A stretch of 45,959 nt of DNA from contig JAYTRT010000236.1 of NCBI GenBank assembly GCA_043746045.1, positions 1 to 45,959 of the forward strand, written 5' to 3'. Each line of letters starts with the position of its first letter. Position 1 is the first letter of the stretch. This DNA is from Actinomycetota bacterium (GTDB lineage Bacteria > Actinomycetota > Acidimicrobiia > Acidimicrobiales > Ilumatobacteraceae). Under the pieces are notes generated by a model that ran no database searches, was not told the origin of the DNA, and saw nothing but the letters and a program-made list of their open reading frames with translations. A program made the position numbers and the translations under genes. Positions 18,153 through 28,614 of the stretch are shown here, in pieces.

Positions 18153-18815
18153 GTGAGCATCGCGACTGATCAACCGGCACTGGAACATCCGGCCGACGAC
18201 AGCGACGACGGCGACGTCGTCCTCCTGCCGTGGTGGCAGCGACCGCTCAACATCATCCTCATCCTCGTCGGCATCCTGCTCCTCGCTGCGGGCAGTGGTT
18301 TCGTGATCGGCGAGCGCAACGCAACCCCGAGTCCGACCGCCAGTGACATCGGCTTCCTGCAGGACATGCGCACCCATCACGAACAGGCCGTCGGGATGAG
18401 CCTGACCTACATGCTCCGGCCCGGGATCAACGGGGTCGTCGGCACGATTGCCCAGGAGATCGCCGTCGGCCAGGCCGTGGACAGTGGCCGGATGATCCAA
18501 CTCCTCCGCGAGTACGGCAAGTCGGAAGCCAACGAGTCGGGAATCGCGATGGGCTGGATGGGGGCTCCTGTTCCCGAGGACCGGATGCCCGGTCTCGCTT
18601 CTGCCGCCGACCTCGACAGGCTGGCCAACGCAACCGGCAAAGCAGCCGACACCCTCTTCATCAACCTGATGATCGTCCATCACCAGGCGGGCATCGTGAT
18701 GGCCACATATGCCGAAGCGCATTCCGGCACCAGCGAGGTGCGCGCTTTCGCCAACTCGATGGTCTCCAGCGAACAGGAAGAAATCGTCGAGCTCCAGAAC
18801 ATCCTCAAGGCGTAA
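18153..18815 (+). CDS. DUF305 domain membrane-anchored protein
   Basis: Inner GTG of track ORF 17649..18815, whose 5' part is antisense to the TetR gene. One TM segment (LNIILILVGILLLAAG) and two DUF305-type HH motifs (MRTHHEQAV, MIVHHQAGI). Confidence 0.72.
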   Translation: MSIATDQPALEHPADDSDDGDVVLLPWWQRPLNIILILVGILLLAAGSGFVIGERNATPSPTASDIGFLQDMRTHHEQAVGMSLTYMLRPGINGVVGTIAQEIAVGQAVDSGRMIQLLREYGKSEANESGIAMGWMGAPVPEDRMPGLASAADLDRLANATGKAADTLFINLMIVHHQAGIVMATYAEAHSGTSEVRAFANSMVSSEQEEIVELQNILKA

Positions 18816-18853
18816 CGGTCGGCACGTCGGGTCGATGCTCTAAACTCCGGCGC

Positions 18854-20524
18854 ATGCGTCGTTCGATGATCGTGCTCAGTGTTGCCGGTTGCCTCCTCGT
18901 TGCCGCGTGTGGCTCGTCCTCCCCCGGTCTGAGTGCGGCGCGATCCACATCCGGAACAGCATCTGTCGCGACCGATTCCAGCAGCCCGGGCACGAGCGGC
19001 CCCGACACCAGTGGCCCCGGCACGAGCAGCCCCGACACGAGCAGCCCCGACACCAGCAGCCCAGACTCGTCGCCGGGCACCTCGGCGGCGTCGATCCCGG
19101 ATACCTCCCCTTCCAGCCCGACCCTTGACACGACGACCGTGAACACAGCGAGCGTCGACACGTCGTCGAACAGCGACGTCTCGCTGCCGAACAACACGAT
19201 GGCGCCCCCGTCGAGCGTCGTCGCCAACCCGAACGACGCAACCATCGACTTCGGCGTCAACAAGACGCCCCAGCCGTACGACGCATTCCTGCAATCGTCG
19301 CTCGGCGACATCCAGGACTACTGGCGAAAGACCTACCCGGAGGTGTACGGCGCGCCGTTCAAGGACTTGACGGGCGGAATCTGGGCCAGCTACCCGAGTC
19401 GCAAGGAGGCAATTCCCCTTGGCTGTCCGACGAGTTCGTCACAGCAGTATCCGTCACAGGGCAACGCCTTCTACTGCGATCAGGGCGACTACATCGCCTA
19501 CGACGACGCCGCCCTGATCCCGAAATTGGTCAAAGCATTCGGCGAGAGTGCAGTCGGCGTCGTGTTCGCTCACGAGTTCGGTCACGCCATCCAGCATCGC
19601 GTCGGAGCACTCAAGCCTGGTACGCCGACGGTGTACTTCGAGCAGCAGGCCGACTGCTTCGCCGGAGCATGGACGGCCCACGTCGCTCGGGGCGAATCCA
19701 CGCGACTCAAGTTCGGTGATCAGGACATCAAGGCCGGCCTCTCGGCAATGGTGGCCGTCAAGGACGGAACCCTCGGCGAGGACGTGTTCAAGGGCGACGC
19801 CCACGGCAGCGCATTCGACCGAGTGGGCGCGTTCGAGAACGGGTTCAAGGGCGGAGCGGTCGCCTGCAAGGCGATGGAGACGAACCCACTGCCACTGCTC
19901 GATCTGCCGTTCAGCACGCAGCAGGAGAAGGACAGCGGTGGCAACTTGGCGTACGACAAGATCCTGCCGGCGGTGGAACAGGATTTGAACCGGTTCTGGT
20001 CGGTCGGCGTTCCATCGTTCTCGGCCCCGACAGTGACGACCTTCGCGCACAGCGGCCCGTTCCCGACGTGCGACGGCATCGACCAGAGTGCGTTTCCGTT
20101 CAACGCCGTGTACTGCCCGAAGACGAACGCGATCTTTCTCGACGAGGGATACGCAAAGACGCTGTACAACAAATACGGCGACTTCGCTGTCGGATACATC
20201 GTCAGCGACGCCTGGAGCGAAGCCGTGCAAACACAACTCGGCAGCAACCTCACCGGTGCACAGCGATTGCTGATCGACGATTGCCTCACCGGGGCATGGA
20301 CGAAGGACGCGATCCCGCCGGCCGACGGCAACCTCGACCCGACGCGTTTGTACATTTCCCCCGGTGACCTCGACAAAGCCGTCGAGACAGCGCTGCTGAG
20401 CGACGCCGGCATCGGCAACGGCAAGATGGCCAGCGCGTTCGAGAAGATCGACAACTTCCGGGCCGGCGTCATCGGTGGCATCACGGAATGCAACAACCGC
20501 ATCAGCGGCACCGGCGGCGGTTGA
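18854..20524 (+). CDS. lipoprotein, putative neutral zinc metallopeptidase (YpfJ-like)
   Basis: Signal peptide with lipobox LVAAC, a long Ser/Pro/Thr-rich repetitive linker, and the HExxH motif FAHEFGHAIQH followed by FEQQADCFAGAW. Confidence 0.75.
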   Translation: MRRSMIVLSVAGCLLVAACGSSSPGLSAARSTSGTASVATDSSSPGTSGPDTSGPGTSSPDTSSPDTSSPDSSPGTSAASIPDTSPSSPTLDTTTVNTASVDTSSNSDVSLPNNTMAPPSSVVANPNDATIDFGVNKTPQPYDAFLQSSLGDIQDYWRKTYPEVYGAPFKDLTGGIWASYPSRKEAIPLGCPTSSSQQYPSQGNAFYCDQGDYIAYDDAALIPKLVKAFGESAVGVVFAHEFGHAIQHRVGALKPGTPTVYFEQQADCFAGAWTAHVARGESTRLKFGDQDIKAGLSAMVAVKDGTLGEDVFKGDAHGSAFDRVGAFENGFKGGAVACKAMETNPLPLLDLPFSTQQEKDSGGNLAYDKILPAVEQDLNRFWSVGVPSFSAPTVTTFAHSGPFPTCDGIDQSAFPFNAVYCPKTNAIFLDEGYAKTLYNKYGDFAVGYIVSDAWSEAVQTQLGSNLTGAQRLLIDDCLTGAWTKDAIPPADGNLDPTRLYISPGDLDKAVETALLSDAGIGNGKMASAFEKIDNFRAGVIGGITECNNRISGTGGG

Positions 20525-20537
20525 CAGCAGTGTCGAG

Positions 20538-20921
20538 ATGAGTCCTCGAATTTCGATTCCACAACTGACGAGCCGCGACCGACGCGCCTTGCGCACGCAC
20601 GTCCTGGAAGAACTGATCCGTCTCGACGATCAGGTCACATCGCTGTCGCGCAGCTTCGACGACATCGTCGACGGTGCGGAACTGACCAGCACAGACGACG
20701 AACACGATCCGGAGGGAAGCACCATTGCCTTCGAACGGGCGCTGGTCAGTTCGCTCCTCCGGCAGGCCATCGACGACCGAACGGCAATGCGGCTCGCCAG
20801 CGACCGCATCGGAGAAATCGGATACGGAGTGTGCGAGAACTGCACGGACTTCATCGGCGTCGAGCGCCTGCTCGCACTCCCGTCGGCGCTGCGCTGCATC
20901 GCCTGTGCTCGCGCCATGTGA
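20538..20921 (+). CDS. DksA/TraR family C4-type zinc-finger protein
   Basis: C-terminal CENC-x17-CIAC finger preceded by a coiled-coil-like region. Inner ATG of track ORF 20475..20921. Confidence 0.7.
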   Translation: MSPRISIPQLTSRDRRALRTHVLEELIRLDDQVTSLSRSFDDIVDGAELTSTDDEHDPEGSTIAFERALVSSLLRQAIDDRTAMRLASDRIGEIGYGVCENCTDFIGVERLLALPSALRCIACARAM

Positions 20922-20971
20922 ACCGGGTCGTCGGCCTTCGCAGCCGGTACATCAGCTTCGCACCCGGCACA

Positions 20972-21901
20972 TCAGAGGACGGCGTCTCGGATCAGCATCG
21001 CCAGTTCCACGGGGCGATCGCCCTGAATGCTGTGACCGGCACCATCGATCAGCTCGATCCTGATCTGCGGCTGACGACGACGAGCCTCCGCCTCATCGTC
21101 GTCATCGACGACCGGCGACAGCGAGCCGCGCATCAGCGTGACCGGGACGTTCACGTTGCCGAAGTGGTCCCACAGCGGCGAATAGGCCAGCGCAACCGTT
21201 GCATCAGGCGCCGCCGGCGAGTCTCCTGATCGGGCGTGGCTGCGTCGGTCGTAGTTCCATTGCCACTGACCGTCATCGGTCTGATGAGCATTGTGCAGAA
21301 TTCCCCGACGCAGCGACGATCGGGTGCGGGTCGGGTTGTGTTCGATCGTCCTCGCGAGCAGATCGTCGAAGCTGGCGAAGGTCTGGGGGCCGTCGACAAA
21401 ATCGATCACCGCCTTCGCCTTCTGCTGGTTGACGCCGGGCGTGATGTCGACCAGCACGAGCTGGCGAACGAGCTCGGGATGACGGTCGGCCAGCTCGATG
21501 CTCGTTAGTCCGCCGAGCGACATGCCGACGACGGCCTTCGCCTCCGGTGCGAGTTGACGAATCACTGCAGCCACGTCATCGGCCAGATTGGTCGGCGTGT
21601 ACGCGCCGTCATCACGCCAGCCGGAGTGACCGTGTCCTGGCAGATCGACTGCGAGCATCGAGACTCCTAGCGCCAGCGCAACGGTGTCCCAGGTGTGCGC
21701 GTTCTGGGCACCGCCGTGGATGAACACGAGTTGCGGGTCGTAGTCGCCCCAGACCAGCGCGCTGACCGCACGTCCGGTGGACTCGTCGACAACCGTCTCC
21801 ACCCGCCGGACCGCCGGGGGTCCACTCGTCGGAAGGTCGAACTCCTCGACGTTCTCTTCGAAAAGTGCGAACTCGTCGTATGGCAGCAGCGTCATGGACA
21901 C
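20972..21901 (-). CDS. alpha/beta hydrolase
   Basis: HGGAQNAHTWD, GMSLGG and a C-terminal GAGHSIQGD motif in a 309 aa product. Confidence 0.8.
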   Translation of the reverse strand: MSMTLLPYDEFALFEENVEEFDLPTSGPPAVRRVETVVDESTGRAVSALVWGDYDPQLVFIHGGAQNAHTWDTVALALGVSMLAVDLPGHGHSGWRDDGAYTPTNLADDVAAVIRQLAPEAKAVVGMSLGGLTSIELADRHPELVRQLVLVDITPGVNQQKAKAVIDFVDGPQTFASFDDLLARTIEHNPTRTRSSLRRGILHNAHQTDDGQWQWNYDRRSHARSGDSPAAPDATVALAYSPLWDHFGNVNVPVTLMRGSLSPVVDDDDEAEARRRQPQIRIELIDGAGHSIQGDRPVELAMLIRDAVL

Positions 21902-21919
21902 ATGCTGACACGCGCCCGA

Positions 21920-23389
21920 TCAGGGAGTCGAAGTGCTCGGCGGTGGAGTGGCCGGAGCGGTCGTCGGCGACCCGGCTGCGGTCGTCGGCGCGTTGCTGGT
22001 CGTCGGCGGCGGCTTGACCGTCGACGTTGTCGGCGTCTTGACCGTCGTCGTCGTGGGCTTGGCCGACGTGGTCGTGGTCTTCACCGTCGTCGTGGCGGCT
22101 GGCTTCTGGGTGGTGGTGGTCTTGGGCACCGTGGTCGATGTCGTCGTGGTCGCACTCGGGTCGTTGTAGTTGAACACGGGAGTGCTCTCGCGTGAGGAGT
22201 ACTGCTCCGGTTCCTTGCCGTCCCAGCCCCACACATACACCCGGTCGCGGAGATGGACGTAGTTCTGGAACGTGTTCGAGATCAGCTTGTTCATCCGGAT
22301 GCAGCCGTGCGAGGCAGGTGTCAACGGGACATTCGATGCACCGTGCATCGCAATGCCGTAGTTGAAATAGACCGGGTTGTACATGCCACCGAGTGGGCCG
22401 ATGTGGTCACCCTGGAGCTCGCGTTTGAAACTGAACACGCCGCCCGGGGTGTAGGCCACGCCACACACCGGTTGGTCGACCGGCGCCGGGAGTGGCGAGC
22501 CGTCGGACGCGGTGTCGAGGTGGACCGTCGCACACCACGAGTTGGCCGCGGTTCGCTCGGGTGTGATGGCCGCGCCGCTGGAGATGTGGAGGACGAGCGT
22601 GGGCGTGTTGTCGGTGAAGACCGCCGCCACTTGCTGCGGGAGATAGATCTCGACGTGGGTGCCCGAACCCGGGCGCCGGGGCTGGATCGCGACCGGATCC
22701 TGCATGCTCTGCCACATCGCATTGGTGACCTTGCCGGTGGCCTTGTCGGGCTGAGTCTGGAGAATCAGCTTCTCGTAGGCCCACACCGCTTCCTTGGTCA
22801 TCTCGCCGAAATACCCGTCGATCTTGCCGGGCACGAAGCCGAGTTGGGCCAGCCGATTCTGCAGGGCCTTGACGGGGGCGCCGGACGTGCCGATGTACAG
22901 CGACGACGCAAGGTTGGTCTTCACGATCGGTGCGCCGGCCGCCGTGCCGACTCCGGGCAACGTGGACGACGGGACCGTCAACCCGGTCTCTTCGTAGTCG
23001 ACGCCGCCCGTTGCCGACAGGTCGGCAGCGGTTGTGGACGTGGAGTCCACGATCGGCTCCGCAGCGGCGACCGCCGCGATGGTGGTCGGCGTGGTGTCAG
23101 CGCCGGCGAGCCCCTTGCCACCTCCACCGACAGCCCCTGCTGCAACCACGACACCGAGCACGACCAGCGCCGCGATTGCCGGGATCCAGCGCCCGATCGG
23201 CACCGATGAACCGTTCTTCTGGCCGCCGTTCTTCTGGCCGCCGTTCTTCGGTGCGGGCGGCCGACGTTTCATCGGGCGGGTCTTGTCGCTCTGCCCGGCT
23301 GAACGGGCCGAAACAGCTCGGCGCTTCGACGGACCGCCAGCAGACGGCGCTTGTCGGCGGGGTGGTCGGGGCGGCTGAGACGGGGTCAT
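21920..23389 (-). CDS. L,D-transpeptidase with peptidoglycan-binding domain and Thr/Pro-rich C-terminal tail
   Basis: Basic N-terminus plus a TM segment. PG-binding-like VKALQNRLAQLGFVPGKIDGYFGEMT. YkuD catalytic motif HGASNVPLTPASHGCIRM. The start is uncertain because no SD is visible. Confidence 0.8.
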   Translation of the reverse strand: MTPSQPPRPPRRQAPSAGGPSKRRAVSARSAGQSDKTRPMKRRPPAPKNGGQKNGGQKNGSSVPIGRWIPAIAALVVLGVVVAAGAVGGGGKGLAGADTTPTTIAAVAAAEPIVDSTSTTAADLSATGGVDYEETGLTVPSSTLPGVGTAAGAPIVKTNLASSLYIGTSGAPVKALQNRLAQLGFVPGKIDGYFGEMTKEAVWAYEKLILQTQPDKATGKVTNAMWQSMQDPVAIQPRRPGSGTHVEIYLPQQVAAVFTDNTPTLVLHISSGAAITPERTAANSWCATVHLDTASDGSPLPAPVDQPVCGVAYTPGGVFSFKRELQGDHIGPLGGMYNPVYFNYGIAMHGASNVPLTPASHGCIRMNKLISNTFQNYVHLRDRVYVWGWDGKEPEQYSSRESTPVFNYNDPSATTTTSTTVPKTTTTQKPAATTTVKTTTTSAKPTTTTVKTPTTSTVKPPPTTSNAPTTAAGSPTTAPATPPPSTSTP

Positions 23390-23503
23390 ACGAAAGAGGA
23401 GACACTCGGCGGCCTCGAGGACGACGTTAGCAATCGCACCCCGAGCCGACCGTCATGATGCCTGCGATTTGCACGACAATCTCGTGACATCGTCAAGAAA
23501 TCG

Positions 23504-24247
23504 TCAGACAACCGGCGTGATGTCGAGCAGTTCTCGACGGAGCTCGCGCATCTCGCGGAGGATCTTGATGATGATCGCAGGACTGCTCAGCGTGGAGACA
23601 CCCCTGGTGCGCGGAAAGTAGTCGACCCCGAACTGGGTGACCGTGTAGCCGAGCTTCTTGGCCCTGATCACGAGCTCGGCATCGATGAACGATCCCTCGC
23701 TGTGCAGTTCGATGTGATCGAAGATCCGCCGTTTGCAGAGCTTGAACGCGAAGTTGATGTCGCGCATCTTGACACCGAACATGATCCGGATCAGAAGGTT
23801 GTAGAAGAAGGTGTAGATCGCCCGTGACGAACCCTCCTCGGTGCGGTCGTGGCGGTACGCACTGATGATGTCGCTCTCGTACAGACGCATCAGGCGCATC
23901 GCCTTGTTCAATTCGGCGAAGTCGAACGGCAGGTCGGCGTCGGTGTACAGGACGAGGTCGCCGGTGGCCGCTGCGAAACCGGTCTTGATCGATCCGCCCA
24001 ATTTGCGATTGACGGGATGATGGACCACTCGCACGTGTGCGTCCGAGGCTGCCAGCTCATCGGCCAATTTCGGGGTGTCGTCAGTCGACGCGTCGTCGAC
24101 GATGATCAGTTCGTAGTCGCCGATCTCGCCGTTGGCGATCAGTTCGGTGCAGGCATCACGGCCCGCCGCGATGGCCCGCCCGATGTACTCCTGTTCGTTC
24201 CACATCGGGAAGAAGATGGAGAGCTTGGCGAACTCTGGCTGACCCAT
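23504..24247 (-). CDS. family 2 glycosyltransferase (polyprenol-phosphate mannosyl/glucosyltransferase-like)
   Basis: Inner ATG (MGQPEFAKLSIFFPMWNE...). VDDASTDDT and TDADL motifs. The track's 5' extension is low-complexity noise. Confidence 0.85.
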   Translation of the reverse strand: MGQPEFAKLSIFFPMWNEQEYIGRAIAAGRDACTELIANGEIGDYELIIVDDASTDDTPKLADELAASDAHVRVVHHPVNRKLGGSIKTGFAAATGDLVLYTDADLPFDFAELNKAMRLMRLYESDIISAYRHDRTEEGSSRAIYTFFYNLLIRIMFGVKMRDINFAFKLCKRRIFDHIELHSEGSFIDAELVIRAKKLGYTVTQFGVDYFPRTRGVSTLSSPAIIIKILREMRELRRELLDITPVV

Positions 24248-24329
24248 GCGCCCACAGGGTACCGGCTCGACGCCGCCGCTGGTCAGTGCGACATCCGCAC
24301 CGCCGACGAAGCGGATACCATTCGCCCGA

Positions 24330-24938
24330 ATGGACACGAATGCGGTCGACCGGGCCGACCTGGCAGTACCCGCCGCAGATCCCGCCGCAGATCCCGCCGA
24401 CGTCAGCGGACTGCCGCTGCCACCTCCTCCACCGGCCCACGCGTCAGGCCCGATCAATCCCTGGGCGGGCCCACCGCTGCAGCCCGGGCAGTTGTCTCCC
24501 GGATGGCGAATGGTGTTCATCGCCGGATGGATCGGTGTGCTCGCCGGCTTCGGTGCCCTGTGGCAGGCCGGCCGGATCGCCGGCATCGCACCGTGGTGGC
24601 TCGGACCCGAGACCAACCTTCACGCCTTCCCGGTCATCGCGCTGCCCTTCATTGCTCCACTGATCGCCGTCATCCTCGGCGTCTTGGGCATCCGTCTGTG
24701 TTGCTACGTCGGAATCGTCGCCGGCCTGATCAGTGCTGCCGTGGCCCTCGGTGATCTGCACTTCCCCGGCCTCGCAGTCGTGGACGCCGCGATCGGTCTC
24801 TGCGGTGTCCTGGTCAGCGTTGCCTGTCTCGGTGGCCGGATGCGTGCAGCCCCAGAACCCGCCGCAGCACAGACCGGGGCAACACAGACCGGGGCCGCAC
24901 AGACCGGGGCAGCACAGACCGGGGCAGCACAGATCTAG
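24330..24938 (+). CDS. hypothetical integral membrane protein with repetitive termini
   Basis: Pro/Ala-rich N-terminus, roughly four hydrophobic segments, and a C-terminal (AAQTG)n repeat. Start chosen at the inner ATG because the track start abuts the divergent GT2 start. No family recognised. Confidence 0.5.
   Translation: MDTNAVDRADLAVPAADPAADPADVSGLPLPPPPPAHASGPINPWAGPPLQPGQLSPGWRMVFIAGWIGVLAGFGALWQAGRIAGIAPWWLGPETNLHAFPVIALPFIAPLIAVILGVLGIRLCCYVGIVAGLISAAVALGDLHFPGLAVVDAAIGLCGVLVSVACLGGRMRAAPEPAAAQTGATQTGAAQTGAAQTGAAQI
24864..24938. repeat. 5 x 15 bp in-frame tandem repeat (GCAGCACAGACCGGG) encoding (AAQTG)n at a gene 3' end
   Basis: Read directly. Units start at 24864, 24879, 24894, 24909 and 24924; the last unit contains the stop codon. 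Confidence 0.95.
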
Positions 24939-25195
24939 GCGGCGGGCAGTTCGCTGCGCCGGTCGACCTCGATGAAGATGCACTCGCCAGGGCACGCGTC
25001 AGCAGCGTCGATGACCGCGCGGATGTCGCGGTCGGGCACGAACGCCAGGCTGCCGGCACCACCGGGATCGTTGAGCGCGAATCCGGCCTCGGCCACGTAC
25101 GCGATGCCGTCCTCCAACTGCACGAACACGTCCGGACAATGGTCGAGGCAGAGCCCGTCACCGGTACACAAGTCTTGATCGATCCAAACCCGCAT
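24935..25195 (-). CDS. ferredoxin (single-cluster, actinobacterial type)
   Basis: MRVWIDQDLCTGDGLCLDHCP ... ACPGECI cysteine pattern. Inner ATG of track ORF 24935..25237. Confidence 0.75.
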   Translation of the reverse strand: MRVWIDQDLCTGDGLCLDHCPDVFVQLEDGIAYVAEAGFALNDPGGAGSLAFVPDRDIRAVIDAADACPGECIFIEVDRRSELPAA

Positions 25196-25261
25196 GCTGG
25201 CTGCAGGGTATCCAGCAACCTCAGCGTCCACACGCATTCCGTGGCACTACCCTTCGACCCG

Positions 25262-27280
25262 ATGGATGCCCCAGTTGCCAAGCAGGTCCCGTTCGAATGG
25301 AGCCGCCCGACCGGGACGGTCAGCGATCCGTGGTCGTGGCTGCGCAATCGCGACGACCCTGACACCGAGGCCTATCTGGCAGCCGAGAACGCGTACGCAG
25401 ACCAGTGGTTCGCGCCGTACACCGGCCTCGTCGAGACCGTCTTCGACGAGATCCGGTCGAGAGTCCAGGAGACCGATCTGGCCGCCCCCGTGCGCAAGGA
25501 CGGCTGGTGGTACACGTCGCGTACCGAGCAGGGCCTGAGCTACGGCATCCACTGCCGCGGGCGATCGGTGGAGACGGCAACCGAGCAGATGTTGCTCGAC
25601 GAGAACGTCGAGGCGGGCGGCCACGACTACTTCTCGTTGAACGCATTCGAGATCAGTCCGGACCATCGTCTGCTGGCGTGGTCGAGCGACACCGACGGGA
25701 GCGAGCGCTACACGATGTACATCCGCGACCTCGAGACCGGCGTCGACCTCGACGACCGGCTGACGGACACGACGTGGGGAGGATGCGCGTGGTCCGCCGA
25801 CAACCGCTTCGTCTTCTACGTCAAGCCGGACGAGGCGATGCGTCCGTTCCAGGTCTGGCGTCACGAACTCGGCACGTCGCAGGACGACGATGCGCTGATC
25901 GTCGAGGATCTCGACGAGCGTTTCTTCCTGTCGGTCGACCTGACCCGCAGCGGCGAGTGGATCGTGATCGAGTCGGAGAGCAAGCTCTCGTCGGAGGCGT
26001 CCCTGATCCCTGCAGCCGATCCGCACCGCCCGCCGCACATCGTCCGTCCTCGTACCCCCGAACTCGAGTATCACGTCGATCACTGGGGTGACACATTCGT
26101 CATCGTCACCAACCTCGAGGCCGAGGATTTCCGGGTCATGACGGCACCACTCGACGAGCCCCAGACGTGGACCGAGCTCGTCGCCCATCAGGCCGGCCGG
26201 CGAATCCTCGGTGCCGAGCCGTTCGCCGATCATCTGGTCATCCACGAGTGGTACCTGGCCCAGCAGCAGTTGCGTGTGCTGAGCCGCGACAACACGGAGA
26301 AGATCATCGATCTCGGCAAAGAACCGCACGAGGTCGAGCTGGACGCAAACCTGGAGTGGCACGCATCCACCGTTCGCTATTCGTATCAGTCGTTGACCAC
26401 CCCAGCGTCGGTGTACGAAGAATCGATCGCCACCGGCGAACGAACCCTGCTCAAGCAGATGCCGGTTCCCGGTGTGGATCTCTCGCACTACACGGCCAGC
26501 CGAGAGTGGGCGACGGCACCGGACGGAACACGGGTTCCGGTCGACATCGTGCGCCGCATCGACGTTCGCGCAAACGGAACCGCACCGTGTGTCGTGTACG
26601 GCTACGGGTCATACGAATTGAGCATGGCACCGTGGTTCTCCGCCGCTCGTCTGTCGCTGCTCGATCGCGGCTGGACATGGGCCCTCGTGCACCCTCGCGG
26701 TGGCGGCGAGCTCGGTCGCGGGTGGTACCTCGACGGACGTCTGCTGCACAAGATGAACACGTTCACGGACACGATCGCCTGCTGCGAGCATCTGATCTCG
26801 CAGGGCTGGGCGGCACCGGACAGGCTGGCCATTCGCGGCGGCAGCGCCGGCGGACTGCTCGTCGGTGCGTGCATCAACATCCGTCCCGACCTGTTCTCCT
26901 CTGCCGTTGCCGAGGTTCCGTTCGTCGATGTCGTCTCGACGATGAGCGATCCGAGTCTTCCCCTGACCATCACCGAGTGGGAGGAATGGGGCGACCCGCG
27001 CGAGGAGCCGTTCGCGAGTTACATGCTCTCGTATTCGCCGTACGACAACACCACGTTCAACGACTATCCGGCGCTCTACGTCACCGCCGGGCTGAACGAT
27101 CCACGGGTCAGTTACCACGAGCCGGCGAAGTGGGTCGCGAAGATGCGCAACCTGTGGTCGACCGAGCGGCCGTTGATCTTCAAATGCGAGATGGGGGCCG
27201 GTCATGGCGGTCCGAGCGGACGCTATGAACGGTGGCGCGACGAAGCACGGGTCATCGCCTTCCTCGACGTCGCGACCTGA
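25262..27280 (+). CDS. ptrB: oligopeptidase B / prolyl oligopeptidase family S9A serine peptidase
   Basis: N-terminal DPWSWLRNRDDPDTEAYLAAENAY, catalytic GGSAGG, and later D and H regions. Inner ATG (MDAPVAKQ...) of track ORF 25139..27280. Confidence 0.85.
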   Translation: MDAPVAKQVPFEWSRPTGTVSDPWSWLRNRDDPDTEAYLAAENAYADQWFAPYTGLVETVFDEIRSRVQETDLAAPVRKDGWWYTSRTEQGLSYGIHCRGRSVETATEQMLLDENVEAGGHDYFSLNAFEISPDHRLLAWSSDTDGSERYTMYIRDLETGVDLDDRLTDTTWGGCAWSADNRFVFYVKPDEAMRPFQVWRHELGTSQDDDALIVEDLDERFFLSVDLTRSGEWIVIESESKLSSEASLIPAADPHRPPHIVRPRTPELEYHVDHWGDTFVIVTNLEAEDFRVMTAPLDEPQTWTELVAHQAGRRILGAEPFADHLVIHEWYLAQQQLRVLSRDNTEKIIDLGKEPHEVELDANLEWHASTVRYSYQSLTTPASVYEESIATGERTLLKQMPVPGVDLSHYTASREWATAPDGTRVPVDIVRRIDVRANGTAPCVVYGYGSYELSMAPWFSAARLSLLDRGWTWALVHPRGGGELGRGWYLDGRLLHKMNTFTDTIACCEHLISQGWAAPDRLAIRGGSAGGLLVGACINIRPDLFSSAVAEVPFVDVVSTMSDPSLPLTITEWEEWGDPREEPFASYMLSYSPYDNTTFNDYPALYVTAGLNDPRVSYHEPAKWVAKMRNLWSTERPLIFKCEMGAGHGGPSGRYERWRDEARVIAFLDVAT

Positions 27281-27284
27281 CGGG

Positions 27285-27662
27285 TCAGGTCACTGCGGCG
27301 ACCACCGCGAGTGCGAGCAGCACACCGTTGCGCGCGAGGTGCTTCCAGCTCAGCGGCTTGGCACTCCACGAACCGAAGCACGCACACGGTGGCCGCTCGC
27401 CCTGCCCGAGCCGGATCGCGAGGAGCGCACTGAACGCCACGAGCATCAGCGCGGCCAGCGATGCGATCACCGGCCGGGCAACCTGTGCACACAGCAGAGC
27501 GCCGACCACGATTTCTGCCCATGGCAGCACCGGCACCACGATGCGCGGCGCTCCCAGTGCAGCGGCCTGTGTCGGCCATCGCTGCCCTGCGGCGATCTTG
27601 GCCGCGCCGGCGAGCAGGAAGGCCACGCCGACAATGATCGACGCGACGACGGCAAGGCTCAC
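27285..27662 (-). CDS. MauE/DoxX-like membrane protein
   Basis: Four hydrophobic helices and a PPCACFG motif. GTGA overlap with the upstream MBL gene. Confidence 0.68.
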   Translation of the reverse strand: MSLAVVASIIVGVAFLLAGAAKIAAGQRWPTQAAALGAPRIVVPVLPWAEIVVGALLCAQVARPVIASLAALMLVAFSALLAIRLGQGERPPCACFGSWSAKPLSWKHLARNGVLLALAVVAAVT

Positions 27663-28558
27663 ACGGTGAGCGTAAGCCCTTCGGATGCCGCCAGTACTTC
27701 GACGCCCTTGCGCTCACCCATCGCTTTCGCGTTCTTGAGGAGATGGTCGATCGCATCGTCGCAACGAGTCGGGTCGTGGTGGAAGAGCACGAGTCGTCTG
27801 ACCCCGGCCTCACCAGCGAGCCACACCGCGTAGTCCACGGTGCAATGACCCCACGTGCTCTTGTGCGCGAACTCCTTCGACGTGTACTGCGCGTCGTGGA
27901 TCAACAGATCGGTGCCGGCGCACAGTTCGAGCGCGCCGTCGGACGCCTTCATCGAACCGTCGTACGGCATCTGATGGTCGCTCATGTAGGTGATCGATCG
28001 ACCGTTCCACGTCACCCGGTAGCCACAGGTGGGACCGACATGTGGAATCAGCCGAGCCATCACACGGATCGGCTCGCGCTGGGGGCCCTGACGGAAGTCG
28101 ACGTCGAGCGGAGGGTCGGTGGTGATCACGAAATCGGTATCGCTGACGTCGTGGAAATCGATCGAGCCGGGGAAGTCGGCGAGCAGGATCGGGAACAGCG
28201 GCGGGCGAACGGTCTCGTGCAGGACATCGCCGACGGAGCGCCCGTCCTCCTGCACAGGACCGTAGACGTCGAGCTGCGACCCAGAGCACAACACGGGCGT
28301 GAAGAACGGCAGCCCCTGCATGTGATCCCAGTGGAGGTGGCTGAGCAGGACGTGGCCGCTGAAGCCGACGTCGGGAGACTGGGCCAACCCGAAGTAACGC
28401 ATCCCGGTACCCATGTCGAAGAGGACGGGGTCGTGGCCGGGGATTGCGAGGGAGACACACGACGTGTTTCCGCCATATCGCGCAACGTCGTCACCGTGGC
28501 ACGGGGTCGAACCCCGGACGCCGTGAAACGTCACATCGATTGCGTTCGTTGCGTGCAC
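27659..28558 (-). CDS. MBL-fold metallo-hydrolase
   Basis: HLHWDH metal motif plus later H/D ligands in a 299 aa product. Confidence 0.8.
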   Translation of the reverse strand: MHATNAIDVTFHGVRGSTPCHGDDVARYGGNTSCVSLAIPGHDPVLFDMGTGMRYFGLAQSPDVGFSGHVLLSHLHWDHMQGLPFFTPVLCSGSQLDVYGPVQEDGRSVGDVLHETVRPPLFPILLADFPGSIDFHDVSDTDFVITTDPPLDVDFRQGPQREPIRVMARLIPHVGPTCGYRVTWNGRSITYMSDHQMPYDGSMKASDGALELCAGTDLLIHDAQYTSKEFAHKSTWGHCTVDYAVWLAGEAGVRRLVLFHHDPTRCDDAIDHLLKNAKAMGERKGVEVLAASEGLTLTV

Positions 28559-28614
28559 GTGACCCCTCGACCCCCGGACTGCTCACCGTATGCGCCCATC
28601 GTGCACCTTGTAAA

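Noticed and set aside
23390-23503. Possible riboswitch (for example the cyclic-di-AMP/ydaO type) in the leader of the L,D-transpeptidase gene
   Set aside because: I could not recognise the conserved core of any riboswitch class by eye, and only weak local hairpins are present. An Infernal/Rfam scan would be needed.
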